Shown here: piece by piece, positions 1-11,606 of the stretch
Numbering within the stretch: the first letter of the stretch is position 1
Layout: every line of letters begins with the position of its first letter
NCBI RefSeq assembly: GCF_018977255.1
Contig: NW_024704743.1
Coordinates: 61,754,001 to 61,818,000, forward strand
DNA from: Callorhinchus milii
Lineage: Eukaryota
Length of the DNA stretch: 64,000 bases
Direction: 5' to 3'
Notes under the pieces: generated by a model
The model's database searches: none
What the model saw: the letters and a program-made list of their open reading frames with translations, nothing else
What the model was told of the DNA's origin: nothing
Made by a program: the position numbers and the translations under genes

Positions 1-150
1 GGATGTTAAAGATCGCACAGCACTGTTTGAAAAGAGAATAGTTTCTCCTGCTGCACTGACCAACCATCCTCCAGATAAATACTGTAGGACATTCACTTTA
101 TGGTTGTTTATGGGACATTGCTATATGTAAATTGGCCACATTTGCCATCA
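1..150 (+). mobile_element. SINE family B (DeuSINE/SacSINE1-like), 3' part
   Basis: GGATGTTAAAGATC...GTTTATGGGACATTGCTAT..GTAAATTGGC matches the body of the other family B copies in the window. Confidence 0.65.
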
Positions 151-1454
151 AAAGCATTTAATAATAAAACTAATAATAATCCTTGCATTTGATGTACTGT
201 AGTATCAGGTTACACAACCCATTATGATATTTGGTGCCTACATTAACAATAAAGTCATTCAAACTAGAGTTTGAAAGCAGTGAAGAGGTCATTTGTTGTG
301 GTATACACAGATGATTTAGAATAACAACAACAAATTACTTTTATATAGTTCCTTTCACATCCAGAGGATATTCGAAAGCACTAAACCAGAGAACCAGAGA
401 AATTTACAGCACAGAAGACCATTTGGCCTACTGTGTCTATGCCGGATCCCTCAAGAGCAATGCTTTCAGTCCCATTTACTTGGCCTTTCCCCAAAGCCCT
501 GTAGCTGATTCGTTTTCAGATATTTGCATTACAATGCAATGGATCAAGTCATCGGAAATTTACTGCCACATCTGGGCTGACAATACAAACAAGTTAATGA
601 AAGTCAGGTTCCATATCGCACTTTTCCAAGTCAACAAATTTAAGGTGGGCTTTAATCTAGTCCATTTTTATGAGTCGCCAGGTCTAATCAGAAGTGGCTT
701 TATATTTTAATCACAATTCTGTCTGATCTTGAAACGTCACTTAAAACATGGATGACAAATATATGAAGCGAGAAACCTGAGTGCCTGATTCAGTCCCAAA
801 CACATCAACAATTACACAACCAGCCCTGAGACTGCACATTAAATTATCACATGATTCCATATACAATAAGATCTCTCACAAATCTGTGTTATACAGAATT
901 CTTCTAGATCTGAGATGAACAGTCAAATTATTTAATCTCCAATAATACAGCCTCATGCTTCATTTGTAGTGTTGGAGCAATTCATATTTTTTTCCAGCAG
1001 CAAAGGTATTGGGAACCCAAAACTTAGTCTTTATTTCCCAACTAAAATTGCTCCATCCAGGTCTGGGGAGACCTCTGTGTAACTGACACTGGTTAATCTC
1101 TTTATCTGGATAAAGATCAGGAATGCAATTGTATAAACTTCTCAATTTTCTTTGTTCCAAGTTGCAAATTCTAGAAATCAGCCGAGGTGCAAACACAACT
1201 TACAGTGCAGCCAATTTATTGATTCCACTCTTGAATCCATCTCCCGACATGGAAGTGGGGAGGAAGGCAATCAATGGATTTTAAACCACGATTATTCTGC
1301 ACTTTTAGAATGGATTTGATGCAAAAACCGCATTGAATCAATGCTAAGCAAATTCCTTTCTAAGCCTATTTTCACATTGCGGAACATTGCACTGCGGAGG
1401 TAAAGTAATGTCACGGTTAAAAAAAAAATCCCAAATCTGGACAGCATTATTAAT

Positions 1455-1680
1455 ACAATATAATTTACATTTATATAGCACCTTTTGCACCAGAAGGACA
1501 TCTCAAAGTGCTTGACAAAGCTGGATAGGTTCCCAAGCTGAAGGTTGGAGCAGCAGGAGGGGGAGGGCAGGATGTGGGAGTTGACCAAAACGTAGTCAAA
1601 GAGCTACGTTTTAAGAGCTGCTTTCAAAGCGAGGGAGAGGGAGTGAGCGAGAGGGACTCTGGAATAGACTTCCAGTGAGT
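1455..1680 (-). mobile_element. L2 LINE 3' fragment
   Basis: Reverse complement of the L2 end (GTGCTATATAAATGTAA tail; CTTAAAACGTAGCTCTTTGAC). Confidence 0.65.
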
Positions 1681-2556
1681 AAGGGTAGAATATTATTGCA
1701 ATTCAATGCTAACCTGAGTACCAAAATAAACACTATAAAACTATTAAAAATAAAGATAAATCATTTTTAAAAATCTACCCTTTCTTTGCCTAGCATCCTG
1801 ATTTCCCTCCTATTCTCTTGTCCTTATGTTCTCTCCTTTTTGTAACTTTGTTATTATTCTTCTTTGCCTTATCTATTTCTTTTCTGACCAGTTCTAAATT
1901 TAACCTATTACTTTGCTTTTGTTCCAGACATTATTTTAGTAGGTTCAAGGGTGATTTTCAAAAATGATCTTCACTTGCTCCTAAGTGACTTTACAGTACA
2001 GATTTGCAGGCAATGAAAATCAAATTGGTAGATTGATGGGGCTACATAATTGCTGTGGTCAGGTCATTCTCTGATGTGATTCTCATGTCTAAAAGTGGAA
2101 GTACAACAGGTTCTGTGAATGAGCATAATCGAAGTCCTGGCAGTGCAAAGAGTAGTAGTGCTTCCTGGACTCATTCAGCACCACTTAGTCCTCTGAGACA
2201 GGAGAAATACTTCTGCCTATGCTACTATGTTGTATTTTTTTTAATGTAGAAATCAAGAAACAACAGTCATATAAATGAGGCTTTAAGTTAAATTGTGCAG
2301 AATTGTTTACCAATATCTTGTGTCAGTTTGGCTCACTGAGCTAACTGAGTTAGCTAACTACATCTAAAGATTTCCTCTGAGCCTTGCCCTTGGATCTGAA
2401 GTTGTGGGTGAAACCTCTACATTGAAACTTGAACTAATAGCCAAGCTGATATTTCAATGCAGTATTGGGGGGAGCTCTGCATTGTACATGCATCTTTCAG
2501 TTTAGACAATAAACTGAATCCAACTGTTCAGATGAATATTAAAGATCCCATGATCT

Positions 2557-2820
2557 GCAGCCTCTCTGTCCCCACCCTCTGGAACTCCATTCCACATTCC
2601 CTTCGCCTCGCTCCTTCCCTTTCCTCCTTCAAGGTACGCCTCAAGTTCCTCGTCTTCAACCGTGCCTTCAGCCACCCTCCTACCCTCTCTGCCCTCCAAC
2701 TCCCCTGATCCCAACCACCGCCCTCACCCGGGTCCTAATCCCTAATCCCTGAATGTTCAGCGCCTTGGGATGTCCTCCCAAATTAAAAGGCATTTTACAA
2801 ATCTAATTGTATTGTATTGT
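2557..2820 (+). mobile_element. L2 LINE 3' fragment with (TTGTA)n tail
   Basis: Encodes PTLWNSIPHSLRLAPSLSSFKVRLKFLVF (L2 ORF2 C-terminus); ATCT on both sides (2553-2556, 2821-2824). Confidence 0.85.
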
Positions 2821-2937
2821 ATCTAGTTGATATGTGAAGGGAGATCTCCTAGGATTCATTAGTCATTCACCTCATGGCTTTTGGGGAGCCTTGTCTGGTT
2901 CAATAGCTGCTGTGGAAACAGTGACAACATTTGACAA

Positions 2938-3254
2938 AATCAAATGGTAACATGTGCGTGTACGGTGCACATTGAGGCACCTTCCGAAAGCAACAATTGC
3001 ACCTTATCAGGGTGTGCGCGGGTGCGCACATGGATGTAGTGCACACAGGGGCAACTCCCGACTGTTTTAAAAGGGGCATCCCAAAAACGTGTGCACAACC
3101 TGTATGCGGTGAAGGAATGTAACGTAAAGAACGGGATGTTTTTGAATCGGGAGAAAGGGAAAATTGTAATAGAAGATGTTCTACGTTGTGTTTGTTTTGG
3201 ATTTCTGTTGTACCAAATATTATATTTATAAATAAATATATATTTTCAAAAGAA
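2938..3254 (+). mobile_element. 5'-truncated poly(A)-type retro-insertion (L1/Tx1-like 3' end)
   Basis: 18-bp direct repeat AGTGACAACATTTGACAA at 2920-2937 and 3255-3272; AATAAA at 3231-3236, then TATATATTTTCAAAAGAA. Confidence 0.65.
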
Positions 3255-3482
3255 AGTGACAACATTTGACAACAACTGCTTGGAGATGTTTTGCTATAAT
3301 AAAGTGCTATGAAATGTAAACGCTTTGAAAATATGTTAGTTCAGCATACAGTTCAATAATAGGTGTACACATGAGGCAATCAAAAATAATTAGTTTTCCT
3401 TAAAATAATTTTGAGCCATGTTGGATTAGTAGCTATATGAATGATGTTTAATGTTGTGTCGTAATTTCCAGCCGCTGACAAC

Positions 3483-3622
3483 AATAATAAAAAATAATAA
3501 TAATCCTTGCATTTGATATAGCACTTTTCAAATCTTCTAGATGTCTCAAAGCGCTTCACAGAATATGCTGTAAAGTGAATTGACTGTATATTAGTGGGTG
3601 AACCACTGAGCTGCAGGACTCC
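3483..3622 (-). mobile_element. SINE family A, internally deleted (head fused to tail)
   Basis: Tail AATAATCCTTGCATTTGATATAGCAC... joined directly to the reverse complement of the head GGAGTCCTGCAGCTCAGTGGTT. Confidence 0.75.
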
Positions 3623-4264
3623 AGTATCCTGTAATAGGTTTCAGTTTTGCTTCAGTTGTCAACATGCAAATTGTGACATCCTCTCTGACTGAGTTGAATC
3701 AATCATTTCTCATATAGCTGTTGTGTTTATTATTTATTATTATGTTCTTCATTTCAAAATATTCATTTCAAATGTTTCAAATAAGACTGCAAGCCTTCAA
3801 ATTTTGTAATAAAACCAAGAAATGAGGAGTCAGGAAAGAATTTAGCCCAAGAATGCATTAGATACATGACTGCATTCATGTTAGTAGTCTATGCATTGTG
3901 TTCATGTGTCTCTGAATATTAAACAGGTGGATGGAACAGACAAGCTGGTATCAATTCATCATTTACATCTCATTCACATACATTTCCCTTGTATTTACAC
4001 ATGTACGTTTGACTCATTTGCATAAAATGCTATTGGCTGATTTGGCCCCAAACCAGAGGAAAAATTACAATTGTGCCTCCCAGTGGAAACCCAGCAGTCA
4101 TATCGCTAACTTGGCCGCAAGAATAGTTTCATAATTTTTAATTAAAGTGTAGCCTGTGAACACTCAAGCATGTGTCACTCCTCCCTCACTGTGCTGTAAT
4201 CAGGACTTGTTCTACAATCTCATGCTTTAACCCATTCTTCCCCAGAACTCAACAACTGTGAAAC

Positions 4265-4410
4265 TCACAGTTCACAAGATCACAAGATAGGTTTGGATGA
4301 TGAAGGCCCTTTGGACCATCTGACCTCATCTGACCTCATCTGATCTCATCCTTCCAGAATACCCACCCTACCAGCCTTCCATTACAGCATCAAGCTCCTT
4401 TTTAAACACC
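4265..4410 (-). mobile_element. CR1 LINE 3' end fragment
   Basis: TCACAAGATCACAAGAT terminal repeat shared with the copies at about 8762, 48175 and 51680. Confidence 0.65.
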
Positions 4411-4939
4411 TTGCTTCCCTCAGTTTTCCCTTTGTTTAACATGAGCTGAAATTCTGACTGAAGTTACATGTAGCCTCTGGGTTTCCCCATTATAATCATC
4501 ATCGGCATTACCATTTGCAAATCCAAGCAAAATGTTAGTCCAATAATCCACAGGCTTTTAAGCACAAGCCTGTAATCACTTAACCACTAGTCATTGTTAC
4601 ATCTGTTTTTCTGCTATTCTTTTCAATGTTTGTGGATTTGGCACTATAGGGCTGGCTTTTTAGCTAACCTCAAAAACAAAAACAGCACCAAACACAAGTG
4701 ATGAAGTCCCATGTAGATTATCAATTCAAAGAATCTCAGCTTTCTGTATGAACAGCATACTTGATTGTATTTCAACACCAGACCCAATTATCTGCACTAA
4801 TTAGGATTTACCCTTTTGTTGATAAGAAAGCAGTGTGGATAATCAGCCATCACACAAAATACAAATTGGCTACTACCTACAAAAAAAATCTTCCATGAAG
4901 AGGAATATTGTTGCTATAGCATCATCATTGTGCCAAACC

Positions 4940-5100
4940 TTTCCTCTCTCTGACTCTTTCTGATTCTTTCTCTGTGTCTTTTCTCTTTCTGAGTCTATCT
5001 AAGTGTCTATCTCTCTCTCCATCTCTCTCACTATGACTTTCTCTTTATCTCTCTGATGACTCTAACTTTATCCCTTTCTCTAACTCTCCATGTCTCTAAC
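4940..5100. repeat. Degenerate CT-rich low-complexity tract
   Basis: Visible (CT)n/CTCTTT runs. Confidence 0.7.
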
Positions 5101-6022
5101 TGTATCCTGCTAATGAAACGTGAACCTTTATGCTCAGAGCAAAAAAGAGCACAAGCTCTAATAGGAACTTTTTATTGATTAAAATAACCACCGCACTATT
5201 CAAGGGGAATGCACTTGAATTGGGATTATGAACACTCTTCCTCAATCGCTAAGCACGCACAGAGCATGCTTGTTCATGAAACAAGAAAACTTGCTAGAAA
5301 GAAAACTGTAGGACTGAAAGAGCAGATTATCAAACTGATGCAATGATTTAATTTAATTCAAATTAATTAATATAATTAATTCAATTCAAAATTATTTTAT
5401 GCTGCACTTCGTATAAATCAATACATTTGAAAAGCACAATTTAACATTTGCAGGTAACTACAGTACAATACACACTTGTAATTTGGGCTCTGGGCTTGAT
5501 TCCCAGATTTGATGTTGGTCTACCATTGGTGTCCTTGTTAGGCTGCCAGGTGTTCGCTAACCTCTCTTACCCCCCTTTCTCTCAGAGGAAGCACTCTCTG
5601 CCTCACCATCATGTCTCAGCTAACTTCAGAGATTTACTACTTGCATAATCATGGTTGTGTAAACTTCTCCTCTCACTTCACAGCACGTTAGAGGAATAAG
5701 AGCCCACAACAATTAGATTTTGCTTTTCATGCTTTGCATATTGCAATCATTGGTAAGGATTCAAGCCTTAATTCAGGACTTGGAATCACATAGTCTAAGA
5801 TGACACTCCAATGCAGTGCTGGGGTGTGTGGATTGTTGGAGTAGTGTATTCACTACCTTCTGCTCATGGGGATTCAGCCAATTACATGGCTAGTATCGGC
5901 ATTGTAATTATACTTAGCCAGCAATTCCAGCTCGACGGACTGCTATTCCATTAGGTCCAAGAATCTCTCTCCTCTTCCCTGCTCATCTGTCTCCATCCAT
6001 CTTATACAAAATGTCTGGTACT

Positions 6023-6244
6023 GCAGTCCCACAGTGAAGTGGTTAGCACGCTCGCCTTGCAAGGATTCCGGCTCGGCCGGGTTCGTTTTCTGGGCGGAAC
6101 AAAACCCTTACCCCACACGCCTCTGTTTACCTAGCAGTGAGTAAGAATGTGGTTGTTAAACAATTGGCTTTCAGTGAGTAATAATCACTCCAAAGAAAAA
6201 ATGTGGTCACACAATCCACGACTGTTTGTGCAACACTGCTGTGT
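6023..6244 (+). mobile_element. SINE family A (tRNA-Ala-like head), 3'-truncated, long subtype
   Basis: AGTGGTTAGCACGCTCGCCTTGCAAG...GGGTTCG; CTGTTTACCTAGCAGT segment; CCACGACTGTTTGTG. Confidence 0.8.
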
Positions 6245-6275
6245 ATTATTTGTATTATTACAAGAGAATTGAGTA

Positions 6276-6478
6276 AAAACCGGAAAAACTAGAAAGCCAC
6301 AACAGTTCAATCAACATCTGAAAGTGAAGAATTGATTATCATTTCAGGCCTGATTCTTAGTCAAGCAGGTTTGGCTGAAGATTCATGCATGAAACATGAA
6401 CACATTTTTTATTTCAGGTGTTGATTGACCCATTGTTGATTTCAAGCAATTCTATGGTTATTTTAGATTTCCAGCATT
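6276..6478. mobile_element. Old palindromic Penelope-terminal-like element
   Basis: Inverted arms TCAATCAACATCTGAAA (6307-6323) / TTTCAGGTGTTGATTGA (6412-6428); ends in AGATTTCCAGCAT like the 35.1 and 56.7 kb elements. Confidence 0.55.
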
Positions 6479-6789
6479 CTTTTTCTTATCATTTCTACCA
6501 CGACGGCTGAGTGTCCATGAAACACTATTTGACTTTACTTCTCCAATTTTGCTGCAAGCTCGCATCTTAGAACTCAAGATTATTCCACAGCAATAATGCT
6601 ATTTTCACCTATTTTCAACAGGGTCTCAAACAATAATTGATGTTTCAATGAATGGGGACGGTATGCAGGAAATTCAGCAAATCCTGCACGTTCCCAATCG
6701 TGTTTCACGCCACCCACCAAAACTTCTCCTTTCACAACAATTTATTTTATTCTGTGCTGGTAGTAACTGATGGTTAGTAACCAAAGACT

Positions 6790-7085
6790 AATAATGCTTG
6801 CATTTGATATTGTTCCTTAGTAAAAAATGCTTCACACTAATTAAGTGTAGTGACTGTGTATTTGTTGGCAAACACAGTGGCCAATATACACACAACAATG
6901 TGCCACAAACAGTCAGAAAGTAAATTACTAATTTGACTGGAGGATTGTTGGCCAGAACACCAGGAGAAACCCGTTTTACATTACAAATAGTGTCATCTTT
7001 AACGTTTACCTGAACAGACAGATGTTACCTTGATTCAACATCTCACCTGAAGAATGGTAAGTCCAACAATGCAGCACTTCAGCAA
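6790..7085 (-). mobile_element. SINE family B fragment
   Basis: CCACAAACAGTC...CCAGGAGAAAC...TTTAACGTTTACCTGAACAG...ACATCTCACCTGAAG. Confidence 0.7.
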
Positions 7086-8179
7086 TGGCTGTTTGCGGGC
7101 ATAAATTGGCTGCTGCATTTTCTTGTGACATGCTTTGAGATGTTTCGGCGATGTGATTAGGTGTTAAATAGTAACAATAATCATTAGTTTCTGCCTCATC
7201 CAAATTCACCATTCATTCATCTGAGATAAGGGTGGACATGGCTTATGAAGATGAGCAGCAGCTCTATTTCCCATCACAAAGACAGTCCAAATAGCAATTC
7301 GAAATGCTTTGAGATGTTTCAGTATGATAATGTGCTAGATCAAATGTAAGTACTGTATTACTAAGACAGATATAAGTTGTATTATCTCACCCACATAAAT
7401 AAAATTTAGTGAACGTTTAGCTCAATTAAAATAAAAAATTCATGTCAATTCAGAGTTCAGGGCCAGGAATGTAAAGATTTGTTTTTGTTAAAGTACCTGC
7501 TTATATTGCTTTCAGGCAATTATCGTTTTGTAACAGTATGTAGCTATAATGTAATCCATCCATCAATAAAACTATTTAATAATATATACAGTATTAAAAT
7601 ACTATGAGATCATGAGCTTTTAACAATAAATCACAGATTCTGATTTAATTGATTTAGGATGCAGACAGGCTGCACTACAAACTAACATTTGACAAGCCTG
7701 TTTAAATAACTATTACACTTATAACTGCCCATTATGTTTCCATTATTGCTTTTACACAGCTAAAAAAGATTGCATTAAATATGTATTACAACTTACTCCA
7801 ATGGATTGTTTGATCCTGAATTAGAGTAATGGTTGTTATATCCTGAAGAACCATCAAATTGCTGTTTATTTGCTTTAATTAGGGGCACTGCACTGAAACG
7901 CTCTGCAAGAAGGAGTTTTACATTGGTCAGAGGACATATGCTCATCCAGCAGGTTAATATAAACTGTCATCCGCAATTTCAAGGATTCAAATTTCTTTTT
8001 TTTTGTTAAACAGTTGTAAGGTATCATTAAGGATGGTGAAAGGCATGAGTATGGAATGTAATCATTACTGAAGACCTTCACCTCCTCCCTCCCCTCGACT
8101 CGGCGTGAAGGTGCTTTATAAATGCTGTTCATCAACGTCAGTTTTAAGAAATGACAATTAAATATTGGGGTGTAATTCC

Positions 8180-8574
8180 ATATCGCAGAATGTTCCTCAC
8201 TCTTGTCTTCAAATCTCTCCACTCCTCTGCACCCCCCTACCTCTCTGACCTCCTCTCTCCTCACAACAGTGCCCATTGCCTTCGCTTCACTGGGTCTGGC
8301 CTCCTCCTTGTCCCCCGAATCCTCTGCTCCACCATTGGCAGCAGAGCCTTCAGCCACTACGCCCCGAGGCTCTGCAACTCCCTTCCTCACTCCCTTCGCT
8401 TTAGCCCCTCTCTTCCTATTTTCAGGTCTCCGCTGAAGACCTTTTCAACCGCACTTTTGGTCACCTTCCTCCCCTTCCTCCGGCTCGGCCCCGGGATCTG
8501 TTTCTGTGAAGCGCTCTGAGATGCCGTCCAGTGTGGAGGGCGCTATATGAATCCAAGTTGTTGTTATTGTTGTT
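8180..8574 (+). mobile_element. L2 LINE 3' fragment, young subfamily, (TTG)n tail
   Basis: ORF LTLVFKSLHSSAPPYLSDLL...GSRAFSHYAPRLCNSLP; highly similar to 37598-37987 and 9675-9841. Confidence 0.9.
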
Positions 8575-8761
8575 CCACTCCTGGAGAATTCCCAGAGATA
8601 AATGCCATCGGGAAACTGTCTGGCAAGCTTGCTCAGTTTTTTCTATAAAAAGATGTAAAGTATGTTCAACAAATCAGTAAGGAAAGTAAAGGCATGAATG
8701 TCAGTTTAAGAAATTACATTTTATTACCTCCACAAAATGTCACTAGTTGGCCATTGGACAT

Positions 8762-9200
8762 CATACAAGATCACAAGAGAGTTTGAATGAAGAAGGTCCT
8801 GCAGCCCATTTGATCTCATATTTCCAGAATACCTACCCTACCAATCATTACAAAGTTAAGCTATTTTTTAAATGAGTCCAGCATTCTGGCATCAATCACC
8901 TTTGTTGGTATGTCTCAAGGTATACCTCTTACTCCTCCTCACCCCCTTTGGCTCCCACCCCCAGGTCAAGTATCCATACAGCTGTGTCAAGCTCTTTAAA
9001 ATGTCTTCCCAACATGAAAACCGCTATATTAAGGTAAATTGTATGTTTTCTAATCTGTTCTAATTGCTAATTCCCTTCTGGGTAAATAAATACTTCCTGG
9101 TAACTGTCCTGAAATTGCTCTTTGCAATCCTAAACCTGTGTCCTCTTGTTCTACTGCTTTGGTACATCTAAAAAGTATTTTTCTGAGCTTACTCCTATTT
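8762..9200 (-). mobile_element. CR1 3' fragment interrupted by an L2 tail (about 8925-9045, +)
   Basis: ACAAGATCACAAGA end; TACTTCCTGGTAACTGTCCTGAAATTGCTC is antisense to the CR1 C-terminal coding region. Confidence 0.6.
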
Positions 9201-9674
9201 GATATCATATATACCTTTGTAAGTTCTTATATAATTAGCTGGAGGTTGAATGGATGAGAAGTAAACCCAGAAAAATGCTTTCAGGTGCCCAAGGTAGCAG
9301 GACAAGAGATAACAGGCTCAGGGTTATGACCAGCAACTTTGAAGACAGACACCAGGTATTAGGTAAATTAGAATAGGGGCTTTTATAATTAATATTCATA
9401 GTTTTTATGATACTTGTCATGACGATTGATTGCAGTAGGAGAACAACAGGCATAATTTATTCACATTTACTTAACAACATTAAGGATGCTAAGACTAACT
9501 TAACTTAACACTAAACTTAACACTGTCAACTTGTTCCATTATTTTAAATACCTCAATCCAATTACCCCTGAACTTTCTCTACTATAGTATCCCCAACCTC
9601 TCATGAAAGTTAATGGGCAGCTGCAACTGGGCTTGAGTCCATGATGCTGGACTCATTTAAGAATGAGCTTGATG

Positions 9675-9841
9675 CTCCCTCCCTTTCCATTTTCAGGTCT
9701 CGGCTGAAGACCTTTCTTTTCAACCACGCCTTTGGTCACCTTCCTCCCCCTCCCCCTGGCTCGGCCCCGGGATCCGTTACTGTGAAGCGCTCTGAGACAC
9801 CGTCCGGTGTGGAGGGCGCTATATAATCCAAGTTGTTGTTG
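9675..9841 (+). mobile_element. L2 3' end inserted into a CR1 3' fragment (about 9610-9925)
   Basis: IFRSRLKTFLFNHAF; GAAGCGCTCTGAGAC...GGGCGCTATAT..(TTG)n; CR1-like LDSFKNELD on the left and CR1 UTR-like sequence on the right. Confidence 0.85.
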
Positions 9842-10215
9842 TAGTTAAAGACAGAGTTGATACTCTGGATGGATGAATTCAAATGGAATAAAAGGCTTTC
9901 TTCATTTGAAATTCCTTTATTTCTTTGCAGGAGGATTCTGTTGGTGCTATTCAGGTGAAAGGACTTTTAGTCAGCTACAATTTTTACTTGCTTGCATTTA
10001 TTTACTTTTGGAATTACAGCTGAACCCCTGTTTTAATTTACTTATTAATGCAGTGAAGCAATATGTCATTGGAATTTCTTGCTGTGGTTTTCTTGAAGGC
10101 TGTAAGTAAAAATATGTTTAGCATTGATTTTTATAATTATTATTCATACAGTTTTTCTGATGTTTGTTATGGTGATTGATTGTAGGAGAACATCAGGCAT
10201 ATTTTCCTTGACTGT

Positions 10216-10603
10216 GGAATCCTGTAGCTTAGTGGTCAGAGCACTTGCCTCATAAGCCAAAGGATCTGGGTTTGATTCCCAGGCAAGCCGAAATGTTGGG
10301 AAAATTTCCTTACTCCACATGCCTATTTATCTAGCAGTAAGTAGGAACCCGGTCATTAGTCGATTGTCGGATCGCTTTTCGGGGTAATAATCCCTTCAAA
10401 AAAATAATAATAATAATTTGGTCACTCAATCCACAACTGTTTGTCAGACACTGCTGTGTGTAATTGGCTGCCATGTTTGCCCACAAAATATACAGTCAAT
10501 TGACTTCACAGTATTTTCTGTGAAGTGCTTTGAGACATCATTATTGATATCTAGAAGACGTGATAAGGTGCTATATTAAATGCAGGGATTATTATTTATT
10601 ATT
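10216..10603 (+). mobile_element. SINE family A, full length, long subtype
   Basis: A-box TAGCTTAGTGG, B-box GTTTGATTC, Deu-like body, (ATT)n tail. Confidence 0.9.
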
Positions 10604-10702
10604 AAGAAATTTGTAGCTCCAAGCAAACAAAAGGCACCTTTCATTGACTTGGCTTATTTTTTTCATATAAAACTTCTCCCTTAAGGATTGAGAGACAATG
10701 CC

Positions 10703-10790
10703 TATTTTATAGAGAAGTGTACAGGTTTTTTTAAAATTATATTCAAATTTACTGCAATAATTCTAAGAGTTCAGGACCCTCAAGTTTTTT
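10703..10790 (+). repeat. 88-bp segment duplicated at 11481-11568
   Basis: Near-identical direct repeat TATTTTATAGAG...GGACCCTCAAGTTTTTT. Confidence 0.9.
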
Positions 10791-11084
10791 TTCACAAGGG
10801 ATATCTTTCTAAGCGATGGCTTTAATCATTTAAGATTGCACTGTTGTACATCTTGAATTAATGGGGTGGAAAAAGTGATGGTTCACAATGGAATTTGAAT
10901 GAACTAATTGAGGCCACGAATCATGAATGGGGAATCCTGCCAGTAACTGGTAGAATATTTTGTCTAACTTATGGTAATTCTGTGATTCACTTTGAGTGCT
11001 TCAGAACAGGAATCCTGCGAGCCACCATGACATAGTGCTGGTTGCTGAGAGGATTCCCGTTAGTAATTCTATCAGAGAATCCCG

Positions 11085-11250
11085 GTTCAGTTAGTAGCCT
11101 CTAAGTCAGAAGGGGGTTCAACCCCCACAAAAGAGATTTTGAGCTCACAGTTGAGGTTGACATTTCTGTGCACTGCTGGGGAGTGCTTCATTGTTAGAGG
11201 TGTCGTCCTTCGGATGCAATGTTAAACTGTCTTCCTGTTCAGCTGGACCA
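11085..11250 (+). mobile_element. SINE family B 5' half
   Basis: CCTCTAAGTCAGAAGG..GGTTCAA...TCCTTCGGATG..ATGTTAAAC. Confidence 0.7.
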
Positions 11251-11606
11251 TTCCAACAATCTATCTCTGGAATGATATTGTTATGTAAATAAATGAAATC
11301 CAGACCTACCCCATTTCCATCCTATTCTTTCTTAAATAGGATTATTTCATAAGAAATTGGGAACTCATTCAGATAACTTTTTCGGCTTTCCCTATGATGA
11401 CCTCCCTCCTCTCCTTGGCTCAGTGTCAAACTCTGCCATTGTTAAACACTCTGAGGTGCTTCCCCAGATGAAGGACACTATATTTTATAGAGAGGTGTAC
11501 AGGTTTTTTTAAAAATATATTCAAATTTACTGCAATAATTCTAAGAGTTCAGGACCCTCAAGTTTTTTAAATGCAAGTTGTTATTGGTTCTACCCAATTA
11601 CAAAGT

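Larger units (their letters stand above)
2322..3325 (+). mobile_element. SINE family B copy interrupted by two nested insertions
   Basis: Head GTGTCAGTTTGGCTCA; body runs to AAAGATCCCATG, resumes at 2821, and the tail resumes after 3272. Confidence 0.65.

Noticed and set aside
7883..7952. 70-nt exon candidate open in two frames
   Set aside because: Weak acceptor and donor (GTTAAT), with no recognisable homology.
9931..10101. 171-nt open exon candidate (GFCWCYSGER...)
   Set aside because: The acceptor derives from a CR1 3' tail and the peptide resembles no known domain convincingly.
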